Part shown: positions 1-8,746 of the stretch, piece after piece
How positions within the stretch are numbered: position 1 is the stretch's first letter
Layout: every line of letters begins with the position of its first letter
Origin: an uncultured Nitrososphaerota archaeon
Lineage (GTDB): Archaea; Korarchaeota; Korarchaeia; Korarchaeales; Korarchaeaceae
Assembly: GCA_964480775.1 (NCBI GenBank)
Contig: CAYZRF010000007.1
Location: 30,001-62,000, forward strand
DNA length: 32,000 nucleotides
Direction of reading: 5' to 3'
Program-made: the position numbers and the translations under genes
The notes under the pieces: model-generated
Seen by the model: the letters and a program-made list of their open reading frames with translations, nothing else
Databases searched by the model: none
Told to the model about the DNA's origin: nothing

Positions 1-116
1 TCAGCACGTACATGTAAGGCTCTGAAATAAGCTGCAACTTGGAACCACCGGTGGAAACTCCAAAGGATAAGATTAAAACCCTTTTCACTGTAAGATTTAG
101 ATAAACTGGCCTTTAG

Positions 117-395
117 CTATTTTTTCTCCTCATTATCTGAGAGAAGATCTTCAAAAAATGATTTCATACCTTCTAGAACGGAAGGGTGGCTTATTCCAAG
201 TAATATGAAAAGAGCTCCTATCACGTATACTGCATCGCTTAAGAACGCTCTATCGAACTGTTCCTTTTCGACTTTATCTACTAGTCTTTTGAGGGCTTTG
301 GTTAACAATATCAACTGGATGGCTGTGGACGTCCCACCTCCAAAAAGATCTATGCCTTTATCCTCCTTCTGCCTCTTCTCATCTTCTTCTGACAT
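117..395 (-). CDS. small membrane protein with charged tails, function unknown
   Basis: 92-aa ORF. Its ATG at 395 directly abuts the stop (396-398) of the upstream wHTH gene. One clear hydrophobic helix (AVYVIGALFILLGISHP) is flanked by very acidic/basic termini. No family recognised. Confidence 0.45.
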   Translation of the reverse strand: MSEEDEKRQKEDKGIDLFGGGTSTAIQLILLTKALKRLVDKVEKEQFDRAFLSDAVYVIGALFILLGISHPSVLEGMKSFFEDLLSDNEEKK

Positions 396-875
396 CTACT
401 CTTCCTCCACAAGCTCCAATATCTTTCTGCTTAACCTATAAAGGTAGGGGCGGCCAGATGTGTCTTTCTCCACGATGCCCTCTTCAGCAAACTTGTTGAG
501 GTACTTCCTTATCGTTCCTTCAGATGCTTCCAGCTTCTCAGCAAGTTGCTTAACGGTATAAGCCTGGCCGTTTGCCAAAGCCACAAGAATTCCGTATTGT
601 TTTTTTGACAGGCCTAACCTCTCGGCGTCCCTTTGCCTCTTTAACTCCTTTTCAGCTAACTTTTTTCCATGGTACGCTGCTTTAGCGAAGTGGTATATCT
701 TGCTTGATTCTGACCTAACAAGAAACCCCCTGGCTGCATGCCAAGCCAATATTAGGGCCCTTTGAAGAGGTGTTAGTTTTTTCCTAGGCAACTCTCTTTT
801 TGAGCGTCTTGCTGAAATAAAAGTTTTCAGAACAGAATCGTTTGCCCTACTCCTCCTCGGCTGGCGTGATTCCAA
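396..875 (-). CDS. winged-helix DNA-binding protein with a long basic N-terminal extension
   Basis: 159-aa ORF. The C-terminal 70 aa look like a MarR/ArsR/TrmB-type wHTH (YTVKQLAEKLEASEGTIRKYLNKFAEEGIVEKDTSGRPYLYRLS). The N-terminal 90 aa are R/K-rich. Overlaps the upstream gene by 29 nt, and it contains only one Met codon. Confidence 0.6.
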   Translation of the reverse strand: MESRQPRRSRANDSVLKTFISARRSKRELPRKKLTPLQRALILAWHAARGFLVRSESSKIYHFAKAAYHGKKLAEKELKRQRDAERLGLSKKQYGILVALANGQAYTVKQLAEKLEASEGTIRKYLNKFAEEGIVEKDTSGRPYLYRLSRKILELVEEE

Positions 876-1398
876 AGAGGAAAGAAGTTAGGCCTTTCAT
901 TCCTAGAACAGCACCTAGAATCGAAAGTATTGCCGCCAATACTCCTAAGATCGAGCTTGAATAGCTGTAATAATTGAGATCATAAGAGTACGTAAAGTTC
1001 GCCAATTCTTTTCCTAGAATTACGAGATTTATCTCTTTTGGGATCGATCCTTCTATCTTAATAGTCTCAGGTACGTACGAAGTGAGCTTAAGGGTTTCCT
1101 TGTATTCTGTTCCGTTTGCATGTTCTAACCTTAATGTTATGTTAGAGTTTGAAGTACTGATGAACGTCATGTTCCCCCACAGGCCGCCATATTTCATTCC
1201 TATGTCTCTTAGGGAATCTAATGAGATCTCTACAGTTCCGTTAGCATTGTAAACAAGCTTTTCACTTGATATGTTGTGTGTTCTTGGGAGTATAGCAGAA
1301 AGAGAAAGGAAAAAAGCTGCAAAGAGGAAAATTAGGCCCATTACTAATGCTCTGTTTCTTAGCACTCTTCTTATAGCAGATTCTTTTGAGTCGTACAT
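847..1398 (-). CDS. bitopic membrane protein with sequon-rich ectodomain, function unknown
   Basis: I trimmed the ORF to the Met (MYDSKESAIRR...) that lies 16 nt after the OppF-like stop at 1415. It has an N-terminal TM (LVMGLIFLFAAFFLSLSAIL) and a C-terminal TM (ILGVLAAILSILGAVLG), with six N-x-S/T sequons in between. The longer track ORF (to 1500) would overlap the ATPase gene. Confidence 0.5.
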   Translation of the reverse strand: MYDSKESAIRRVLRNRALVMGLIFLFAAFFLSLSAILPRTHNISSEKLVYNANGTVEISLDSLRDIGMKYGGLWGNMTFISTSNSNITLRLEHANGTEYKETLKLTSYVPETIKIEGSIPKEINLVILGKELANFTYSYDLNYYSYSSSILGVLAAILSILGAVLGMKGLTSFLFGITPAEEE

Positions 1399-1414
1399 TC
1401 TCGCTTTTAAGAAC

Positions 1415-2446
1415 TTACTTCCTTGTAACGAGGTGACATGCGACATAATGGTCTTTTTCCACCTCAACGAGTTCTGGTTCCTCCTTGTCGCAGGGCTCAA
1501 ACCTATATGGGCACCTTGGATGGAATCTGCAGCCTGGAGGAATGTTTACAGCGCTTGGAACCTCCCCAATGATTGGAATCTCTTTCATAACATGCCTTTG
1601 AGACGGATCTGGTTCTGGAACAGCTATTAAAAGAGCTTTCGTGTAAGGATGAACCGGGTTTTCTATGAGTCTATCCGACGGCGCTAATTCAACTATCTTT
1701 CCGAGGTACATCACTGCTATTCTGTCACAGAAGAACCTGGCTGTGGAGAGGTCGTGTGTGATGTAAAGATACGTAAGGCCGTGCTTTTCCTTCAGCTCCC
1801 TCATGAGTTCCAATATTTCTGCTCTGATTGAGAGATCAAGCATGGAAACTGGTTCGTCCGCGACTAGAAACTCTGGATTTAAGATCAACGCCCTTGCTAT
1901 GGCAACTCTCTGTCTCTGTCCTCCGCTCAATTGGTGCGGGAAGCGCCCAATGAACTCCTCTTGTGGAACTAATCTCACTTCTTCAAGGGCCTTGTATATG
2001 AGTTCTCTCCTTTCTGCCTTTGTTTCTCCAACCTTTGTGATCAGAAGGGGTTCCTCTAAGATATCATGTACTCTAAACCTCGGATCGAGCGAGGAATAAG
2101 GATCTTGGAATATTATCTGAACTCTCTTCCTGTACTCAATTTCCTCCTCGGTGCTGAGTTCAGTTACGTCTGTGCCATTGAAATATATCCTTCCTGATGT
2201 AGGATGTAGTAATTTCACTATTAACTTGCCCGTTGTGGTCTTGCCACACCCAGACTCACCAACTAGAGCAAATACCTCCTTGGGTCTAATCGCAAAGGAT
2301 ATATCGTCGACCGCTTTTACATATCGAGCGGGTTTTCCAGACAAGAACTCACTAAACGATCTTCTTATCATGAAGTACTTCTTAAGGTTCTCTACTCTTA
2401 GAACGGCTTCTTTAGCATCCATCAAGACTTCTTCTTTAGCTTCCAT
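1415..2446 (-). CDS. Opp/Dpp-family ABC transporter ATP-binding protein (OppF/DppF-like)
   Basis: Walker A GESGCGKTT, signature LSGGQRQR, Walker B LVADEP, and a C-terminal Cys-rich oligopeptide-ABC tail CRFHPRCPYRFEPC..ACH. I chose the start at 2446 (MEAKEE) because GAGGTGA lies 6 nt upstream and it follows the OppD-like stop at 2452. The track start at 2476 is the alternative. Confidence 0.9.
   Translation of the reverse strand: MEAKEEVLMDAKEAVLRVENLKKYFMIRRSFSEFLSGKPARYVKAVDDISFAIRPKEVFALVGESGCGKTTTGKLIVKLLHPTSGRIYFNGTDVTELSTEEEIEYRKRVQIIFQDPYSSLDPRFRVHDILEEPLLITKVGETKAERRELIYKALEEVRLVPQEEFIGRFPHQLSGGQRQRVAIARALILNPEFLVADEPVSMLDLSIRAEILELMRELKEKHGLTYLYITHDLSTARFFCDRIAVMYLGKIVELAPSDRLIENPVHPYTKALLIAVPEPDPSQRHVMKEIPIIGEVPSAVNIPPGCRFHPRCPYRFEPCDKEEPELVEVEKDHYVACHLVTRK
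1461..1540. repeat. copy 1 of an 80-bp perfect direct repeat (3' end of the OppF-like gene)
   Basis: Base-for-base identical to 2498-2577, and the identity stops at both edges. Encodes PPGCRFHPRCPYRFEPCDKEEPELVEV. Confidence 0.95.
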
Positions 2447-2451
2447 CTTTC

Positions 2452-3414
2452 TCACCTCTTTGTGTACAAGTGGCATGCTACAAAATGGCCAGGTCTTACC
2501 TCAACGAGTTCTGGTTCCTCCTTGTCGCAGGGCTCAAACCTATATGGGCACCTTGGATGGAATCTGCAGCCTGGAGGGGGGGCAAGCAGGTTAGGAGGCG
2601 CTCCAGGAATGAATTCTAGTCTTTCTTGCTTCTTTCTAAGCCTTGGAATGGCATTAAGAAGGGCTTTGGTGTAGGGGTGGATTGGATCGGCATACACGCT
2701 GTCCGATGGACCGAGCTCTACGATCTTTCCAGCATACATTATCGCCAGCCTGTCAGCTAGCTCAGATATTACGCTTAGATCGTGAGATATTATTATTATT
2801 GAGAGACCAAGTTTTTTCTTTAGTTCTTTAAGTAGATTGATAATCTGAGCTTGAACTATAACGTCAAGAGCCGTTGTAGGCTCATCAGCTATCAATACCT
2901 TTGGACTCATGATGAGAGCTGTTGCTATGACTGCCCTTTGTTTCATCCCACCACTTAGTTCGTGGGGATACCTGTTAACGATGTTTGGATCCAGTCCTAC
3001 GAGTTCTAGGTACTTCTTAGCTTCCTCAATAGCCTCTTTCTTAGCCATCCCTCGATGGTAAATCAAGGGCTCTGCGACTTGATAACCAACCGTGTACACT
3101 GGATTTAGAACATTCATGGCTCCTTGGAATATCATTGCGATTTCTTGCCACCTTATCTTCCTACGCAACTCATCTTCTTTCATTCCGACAATTTCTTGCC
3201 CGTCTATCTTTATGCTTCCCGCAACTACCCTCCCGGGGGGCGGGAGCATGTTCATAAGGGAGAAGCCAAGCGTACTCTTACCACAGCCAGACTCTCCAGC
3301 CAGCCCCAGGGATTCTCCCTTCTCCAGCTCTATGGACACGTTATCTACAGCCTTAACGGCTCCTCTGGATATGAAGTAATACGCCTTTAGGTCCTTAACT
3401 TCTAACAACGGCAA
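2452..3414 (-). CDS. Opp/Dpp-family ABC transporter ATP-binding protein (OppD/DppD-like)
   Basis: Walker A GESGCGKST, signature LSGGMKQR, Walker B LIADEPTTALD, and the same Cys-rich C-terminal tail. TTG start at 3414, preceded by GAGGTGA (3421-3427) with a 6-nt spacer. Confidence 0.9.
   Translation of the reverse strand: MPLLEVKDLKAYYFISRGAVKAVDNVSIELEKGESLGLAGESGCGKSTLGFSLMNMLPPPGRVVAGSIKIDGQEIVGMKEDELRRKIRWQEIAMIFQGAMNVLNPVYTVGYQVAEPLIYHRGMAKKEAIEEAKKYLELVGLDPNIVNRYPHELSGGMKQRAVIATALIMSPKVLIADEPTTALDVIVQAQIINLLKELKKKLGLSIIIISHDLSVISELADRLAIMYAGKIVELGPSDSVYADPIHPYTKALLNAIPRLRKKQERLEFIPGAPPNLLAPPPGCRFHPRCPYRFEPCDKEEPELVEVRPGHFVACHLYTKR
2498..2577. repeat. copy 2 of an 80-bp perfect direct repeat (3' end of the OppD-like gene)
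   Basis: Identical to 1461-1540. Confidence 0.95.
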
Positions 3415-3425
3415 ATACTTTCACC

Positions 3426-4862
3426 TCACAATCTTCTGAGCTTCGGGAACAATATGGTGTTAAGAGCCGCACCTATGAACGCAAAGGAGAGCCCTAGTAG
3501 GGCCATAGCGAGACCTGGCGGAAGAACCCACCACCACATGCCCTTTATGGTTGCTGCGGTGCTTTGAGCATCGTGAAGAATTTGACCCCACGTTACTCTG
3601 TTTATGTCCCCCAGTCCTAGGAATGAAAGCCCTGCTTCCGTAAGGATCGCGCTGGGTACACTTAATGCCATACTCGCAAAGGCATATGGGAGTATTTGGG
3701 GCATCACGTGCTTCCTAACGATCCAGAAGCCCGTAGCTCCTACGGCTCTTGCAGCCTCAACGTAGTCCATCTCCTTTATCTGGTAGGCCATACTTCTAGC
3801 CATCCTAGAAGTTCCCATCCAGCCAAATACCACAAGGAAGAAGATGATCCACCAGATGCTTGGTTTGTATATGGCCGACAGGAGGATTAGGATCGGCAGG
3901 GTTGGTATGGAAGACATGATTTCATATATCCTTTGAAGTATTTCGTCCTTCCATCCGCCAAGATAAGCACTCATAACCCCATAGAATATTCCGAAAGATA
4001 CTGAAAGAGCAGACGTTAGGATCCCTATAAGAAGAGATACCCTTGTCCCCCAAATCAGGCCAGCAAACAGATCTCTTCTGTTCTCATCGGTTCCAAGCAA
4101 TCCATACACTCTTCCGCCCATGATCAGTGTCAGATCTTCAACCTTGTCCTCTGGATTTTGGAAGTAGAACGTCACCCTTATTGTATAGGTCCCCTTCAGC
4201 GGTTCAGCCTTGTTACCGAGGAGAATTCCAGGTTGTGCCTTTGAGAACAACGGAAGAGCTGGATTTGTTAGCTCAAAGTGCACTTTTTCCAAGTTCTCAG
4301 GAGTTTCAAACTCTCTACCAAACGCATAAGCAGTACTGAGGGCTCCTCTGTCAGAAGTTATAACTATCCTAGTTTCATTGCCCGCTTCGCTCAGTTTCTT
4401 ACTTATTAGTTCGATCTCCCTCCCATCAGGCCTAAGTATAATGAAGGTCATCGTAGGCGGCTTCGCAGGATCTTCAACTATTCTTCTAAATGTAAGAATT
4501 AGATCCGAAGGGGGCTCGTCGTAATGGTAATCGTACTCAAAGGTAGCGACAAACTCCCTGATTTTGGCTCCAATCATCCTTTCTGAAGCATTGTACTCCG
4601 TAATTATCAGATGTGGCGGCATTTTATGGGACGAAAAGTAGTTAATCCAATTTGGTCTAGCAGATCTCGGATAGTTTTGCCAATAAGTCACGTCTCTCCA
4701 CTTTCTGGACATCTCCGCTGGATAGAAACGAGGCCCTACTATGGCCAGAGCTATGAACAATAGCAAAAGAGTTAGGCCAAGCATGCCAACTTTTTGTCTT
4801 CTGTACTCAAACCAGAAGTCCTTTAGGCTTTCAACTACATCAGACCATCGCACTGCGATCAC
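3426..4862 (-). CDS. Opp/Dpp-family ABC permease (OppC/DppC-like) with a large extracytoplasmic loop
   Basis: 478 aa. EAA-type permease motif YVEAARAVGATGFWIVRKHVMPQILP. About 230 aa lie between TM1 and TM2. The GTG start overlaps the upstream stop (GTGA, 4859-4862). Confidence 0.85.
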   Translation of the reverse strand: MIAVRWSDVVESLKDFWFEYRRQKVGMLGLTLLLLFIALAIVGPRFYPAEMSRKWRDVTYWQNYPRSARPNWINYFSSHKMPPHLIITEYNASERMIGAKIREFVATFEYDYHYDEPPSDLILTFRRIVEDPAKPPTMTFIILRPDGREIELISKKLSEAGNETRIVITSDRGALSTAYAFGREFETPENLEKVHFELTNPALPLFSKAQPGILLGNKAEPLKGTYTIRVTFYFQNPEDKVEDLTLIMGGRVYGLLGTDENRRDLFAGLIWGTRVSLLIGILTSALSVSFGIFYGVMSAYLGGWKDEILQRIYEIMSSIPTLPILILLSAIYKPSIWWIIFFLVVFGWMGTSRMARSMAYQIKEMDYVEAARAVGATGFWIVRKHVMPQILPYAFASMALSVPSAILTEAGLSFLGLGDINRVTWGQILHDAQSTAATIKGMWWWVLPPGLAMALLGLSFAFIGAALNTILFPKLRRL

Positions 4863-5935
4863 TCTCCCATCCCAGCAGCTGCCCCAATTCTAACTCTTGG
4901 ATCTAGGTACATGTACATGAGATCCATGGTTATCAAGGACGCGAGAAATAGGATTATACTTATCGTGGTATTTCCTAGGAGGACAGGCACGTCGTTTTGT
5001 ATCACGGCTGTCCAGTAAAGCCTTCCCATCCCAGGCCAATTAAAGACTACTTCCGAGATCATTGCTCCGCCTATAGATCCTAATAGGCTACCTATAGTCA
5101 TTGTAACTATGGGCGGAGCAGAGGCACGCAGCACATGGCCATAAAGGACCTTGTTTTCTGGAACACCTTTGGCCCTGGCTGCCATTACGAAATCCTCCTG
5201 AAGTTGTGTTAGAACGACATTTCTGGTAGTGTAAGCCCATCCCCCGAAAACTACGAAAACATAAGTAAACATGGGCAGTGCCAAGTGGTACAGCAAGTCT
5301 AAGATTTTGCTTATAATACCCTCTGGGGGCGGTACACTCATCATGCCTCCAGATGGAAATATGTTCAAGTAGAAGGAGAACAAAATGATGAAGAGCATTC
5401 CAGTCCACCACATTGGTAGACTGTAGGACAAAAGAGCGAATACTGAGAGAGATTGATCAAGCACGCTCCCAGCTTTTTGAGCTGCCTTTAGCCCAAGGTA
5501 TAATCCTATAAGGATAACCACGATCTGGCCTGTTGTAAAGAGAAGAATCGTTCTTGGAAGGGCTTCAAGTATTATGTCCTTAACCTCGCTGCTCCCAGAC
5601 CTAGATTTTAGTGAGTGAGATTTTCCAAACTTGAGCCTGAGCTGTTCCCCTACTCTACGTAGTATTCTTTCGAAGAGAGGTTTGTCAAGACCGTATAGTT
5701 TGAATTTAAGCTTCTTCTGAGTTTCAATCCACTGTTCTCTTGCGGTTGCATTTGCAGCAAAAGCCTTTTGAAGTTGTGGATTTGCATTTAACTGAGCCAT
5801 AATCTCCTCATATATCTGTGCCTTAAGTTCCTTCTCAGCAGCCGTACTAAATACTAGCGAGACTATGAATAGGGCTATAAGAAGAACTGCAAAAGCATTA
5901 ATTAGCCTGATAATCACATATTTCCCAATTCCCAT
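4859..5935 (-). CDS. Opp/Dpp-family ABC permease (OppB/DppB-like)
   Basis: 358 aa, polytopic. Permease motif FVMAARAKGVPENKVLYGHVLRASAPP. AGGTGA lies 8 nt upstream of the ATG at 5935. Confidence 0.85.
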   Translation of the reverse strand: MGIGKYVIIRLINAFAVLLIALFIVSLVFSTAAEKELKAQIYEEIMAQLNANPQLQKAFAANATAREQWIETQKKLKFKLYGLDKPLFERILRRVGEQLRLKFGKSHSLKSRSGSSEVKDIILEALPRTILLFTTGQIVVILIGLYLGLKAAQKAGSVLDQSLSVFALLSYSLPMWWTGMLFIILFSFYLNIFPSGGMMSVPPPEGIISKILDLLYHLALPMFTYVFVVFGGWAYTTRNVVLTQLQEDFVMAARAKGVPENKVLYGHVLRASAPPIVTMTIGSLLGSIGGAMISEVVFNWPGMGRLYWTAVIQNDVPVLLGNTTISIILFLASLITMDLMYMYLDPRVRIGAAAGMGE

Positions 5936-6049
5936 CGCATTATTTCACCTACTTAGTTTTTACTATGCTCAAAAAGGAGCAGAAGAAAACTCAATTAAAA
6001 CATTTTCTATGAAACAGCAAATAAAAAGAAAAAGGAGAAAGGGAGGAGT

Positions 6050-8746
6050 TCACTTCCTCCGCATTACGAAGAGAACAACGACAGCTATTATTATGATGAT
6101 GACAATTACGCCGCCTATCAAGGCCCAGTTCGTCGGTTTCGGAGTTGGGCTCGGTGTTGGACTTGGAGTTGCTGTTGGTGTTGGACTTGGAGTTGCTGTT
6201 GGTGTTGGGGTTGGCGTCTCAGTTGCAGGTGGAGCTGTCAATATTATCTCTTGAGTTGAAACTTCAGCATATGCGGCGGTTTCAGACACTGCAGCAGACA
6301 CTTTTATGGTGTATGATCCCTCTGGCTGTCCTGAAGTGGCACTACCAGGTATCTTCAGCTGGAAGACTCCTGCAGAGACAAGAGATGCTACTCCTTCGAA
6401 GACTTTCTTGCCTTCTGGTGATTCAAGGGTGACGAAGACGTAAGCCTTCTCTGATGGAACTTCCTTCTCTTCTGGGAATTCCTCTACCTCAGTCACGTAT
6501 ACCTTTACAGTTATGTCGTCTCCAGCCTGAGCAGTAGCGGGTGCCTCTATCTTGTCAATCTTTTCCCTGATCAAGGTGAACTTGTTGTACCAGTAGTCTG
6601 GACCGAACGGATAGGTCTCGTCCCTGAAGGCTTCTAAGATCATGTAAGGTACTTGCGTGTTGTATTCCTTTAGGAAGAACGGACCGTCTGATATGAAGAA
6701 GTGGCCATATTGCTTTGCAAAGAGTTCTGCAGCAGTGTACCTGGCTCTTGCTTCGACCACAGTTACAGTGTCCTTCAGCGCGTCTGGCACATGACCTCTG
6801 TTCCTCATCTCCTCACAGGCAGCCATGAGATCTTCGGTGTGAGCAGGGCTGATCATGTCTAGGTATTCCTTGCCTTCAACCTTGTACCAATCATATGGAT
6901 TACCGCTTACTGGCCCTCCGTTTACAATTATCCAGTCCATTGCCTCCCATACGTGCCATGGATATGCAAATCCGAAGACATAGAAGTCGAACGTCGCGTT
7001 GTCGGAAGCGAGGTGCAGATAGTCACCGTACACCATTAAGGTATCTTCATCTACGAAGACGAATCCTTTTATGAGTTCTAAGACTGGAGCTACTGATGAG
7101 GCATATTCTTCACTATAGTATGGATCTCCCTCTTCATCCAGGCTGGCCCACTCATATGCGTGCGCTATTGCATAGCGCACGTCGTCCATGCTTCCCATTG
7201 TTCCGTCGTGGTACTTGCTGAACAGGTAGTCTATCGTAACTCTTACAACTGCTTTGGTTCCCTCTTCGACTCTCTTCCATTCGTTAGCGACAGGGTCATA
7301 AACAACTGCCTGAAGAGGCACCTCTATGTCTCCAACTCTCTCTCCATTTTCCATGTGGTACTTCTTCTCCATATCAACCCATCTTACTCTGTACGGTATT
7401 GGCTCACCAGTCATCGGGTTCATTTGATCAGCTTCGTCGTAGCAGGCCCTTCCAACAGCATGGCTGTACACGTCGTCGAACCCGCCTATCGGATTGAACA
7501 CGCTAGTGTACATGGCCGCCTGTTGGGACTCCACAGCTATCCTAAGCACGTGATCTGGGGTGTCAGCAGTTATAAGAGGCCACTTGGACCAAAGTCCAGT
7601 TACTGGGTCATAAGCAATTCTGGTAACGCGTTGTTTGTTTACTGGGAAGTAATCCCAAGTCTCCACCGTAAAGATCCTTATCGATTCTTGGAGACCTATC
7701 TCACAGGCGTCGTGCATTTTCTCGAAGTACTCATCCCTTGAGTTGAAGTTTCCAAGCAGCAAGTCCATCGTTAACTGATCTATTGTCTCATTCTGCCACT
7801 CCCACCATCCAGGCATTTCGTAAGCGGGCATCCATCCGTACCATGGAGCGTAGAACCAAGCTATATCCCCTTCAACGAACACACTCGATCCGGTGCTTCC
7901 CCAACCTGCCGTGTAGATGTTCCACTCATAATCTGCTGGGTTTGTGAGATAGACGGTGTAAATACACTTGAGGAAGTTGCCTTCTATCCTTTCCACTTTT
8001 ATACCTGTTTTCTCAAGCTGATTTGCAAAATAGAGTCCCTCTTCGTGTCTCTCATCCTCGATCCTTATGAAAGCCTTTACGGTTACTGGTTCGCCGTCAA
8101 AGTACCACCAGAAACCAGCAGGAGCGTTATTATCTTTCTTCTTCTCCAGTCTTCCTCCAAGTTCGTTAGCTGCCTTTTGCATGGCCTCTTCTACCATTTG
8201 AAGGGCCAACTCTTCATTTCCTTCTGGAGTTAGGCCGTACTTCTCATAAATGTCAGTGAAGTACCTTGAAGCTGGGTTTGACGGGAACACAGCGGAGAAC
8301 ATTGGCTGTCCTCCACCAAGGAGGATCTCGTCCACCAAATATTTTCTGTTGACCAGATAGTTCATTGCGAACCTGATCTTCTTTATTGCAAAGGGGTTAA
8401 AGTACTCCTTACCCATGACGGTGATTATGTAGTCCTTATCATCATCGTGGGCTGGGTTAAGGGTGAGTTCCCAACAACCTCCTGCGTTCTTGATTAGTTT
8501 GAGGTTTTGCTTCCAATCCTCAGGGATTCCCGCATAAACTGTGGGAGAAAGCGATTTCTCATAAAGATCTAATTTCCCAGTGGCAACATCACCAACGGCG
8601 ACTTCTCCAGTAGCCCTGGTCTCTACAATTATTCTGTCCAGAGCAGGACCCTTTTTTGGTTGTGCAGATACTGGTAAAGCAGCGAATGCTGATAAGGCTA
8701 ACAATCCTAGGATTAGGACTGCGGAAATGGTTTTCATACCTCTCAT
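6050..8746 (-). CDS. extracellular solute-binding protein (family 5, Opp/Dpp type) with Thr/Pro linker and C-terminal membrane anchor
   Basis: 898 aa. Signal peptide MKTISAVLILGLLALSAFAALPVSAQ. It is the first gene of the SBP-permease-permease-ATPase-ATPase operon. The C-terminus is TETPTPTPTATPSPTPTATPSPTPSPTPKPT, then the TM WALIGGVIVIIIIIAVVVLFV, then MRRK. The substrate (peptide or oligosaccharide) cannot be told from the sequence. Confidence 0.85.
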   Translation of the reverse strand: MRGMKTISAVLILGLLALSAFAALPVSAQPKKGPALDRIIVETRATGEVAVGDVATGKLDLYEKSLSPTVYAGIPEDWKQNLKLIKNAGGCWELTLNPAHDDDKDYIITVMGKEYFNPFAIKKIRFAMNYLVNRKYLVDEILLGGGQPMFSAVFPSNPASRYFTDIYEKYGLTPEGNEELALQMVEEAMQKAANELGGRLEKKKDNNAPAGFWWYFDGEPVTVKAFIRIEDERHEEGLYFANQLEKTGIKVERIEGNFLKCIYTVYLTNPADYEWNIYTAGWGSTGSSVFVEGDIAWFYAPWYGWMPAYEMPGWWEWQNETIDQLTMDLLLGNFNSRDEYFEKMHDACEIGLQESIRIFTVETWDYFPVNKQRVTRIAYDPVTGLWSKWPLITADTPDHVLRIAVESQQAAMYTSVFNPIGGFDDVYSHAVGRACYDEADQMNPMTGEPIPYRVRWVDMEKKYHMENGERVGDIEVPLQAVVYDPVANEWKRVEEGTKAVVRVTIDYLFSKYHDGTMGSMDDVRYAIAHAYEWASLDEEGDPYYSEEYASSVAPVLELIKGFVFVDEDTLMVYGDYLHLASDNATFDFYVFGFAYPWHVWEAMDWIIVNGGPVSGNPYDWYKVEGKEYLDMISPAHTEDLMAACEEMRNRGHVPDALKDTVTVVEARARYTAAELFAKQYGHFFISDGPFFLKEYNTQVPYMILEAFRDETYPFGPDYWYNKFTLIREKIDKIEAPATAQAGDDITVKVYVTEVEEFPEEKEVPSEKAYVFVTLESPEGKKVFEGVASLVSAGVFQLKIPGSATSGQPEGSYTIKVSAAVSETAAYAEVSTQEIILTAPPATETPTPTPTATPSPTPTATPSPTPSPTPKPTNWALIGGVIVIIIIIAVVVLFVMRRK
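6153..6200. repeat. 2 x 24-bp perfect tandem repeat inside the Thr/Pro linker of the binding protein
   Basis: GGTGTTGGACTTGGAGTTGCTGTT occurs twice (6153-6176 and 6177-6200), followed by a degenerate third unit. Encodes TATPSPTP twice on the minus strand. Confidence 0.9.

Noticed and set aside
1-116. Possible end of a gene at the left window edge (frame-1 stop at 28-30; TCA at 1-3).
   Set aside because: Too short to evaluate. There is no ORF of useful length and no recognisable motif, so I cannot tell coding from intergenic.
2576-2582. G7 homopolymer inside the OppD-like coding sequence, which could be a slippage or phase-variation site.
   Set aside because: It encodes the conserved PPPG segment, the frame is intact, and there is no evidence of a frameshift. 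A single short run is not enough.
7160-7741. 193-aa plus-strand ORF, and similar long antisense ORFs in the track (for example 205-441, 1271-1630, 2151-2594, 5088-5411, 9545-9919, 12620-12976, 23691-24110, 25349-25669, 31050-31715).
   Set aside because: All lie inside, and antisense or out of frame to, genes with strong family motifs. Their translations are low-complexity and S/L/P-rich without motifs. These are typical shadow ORFs.
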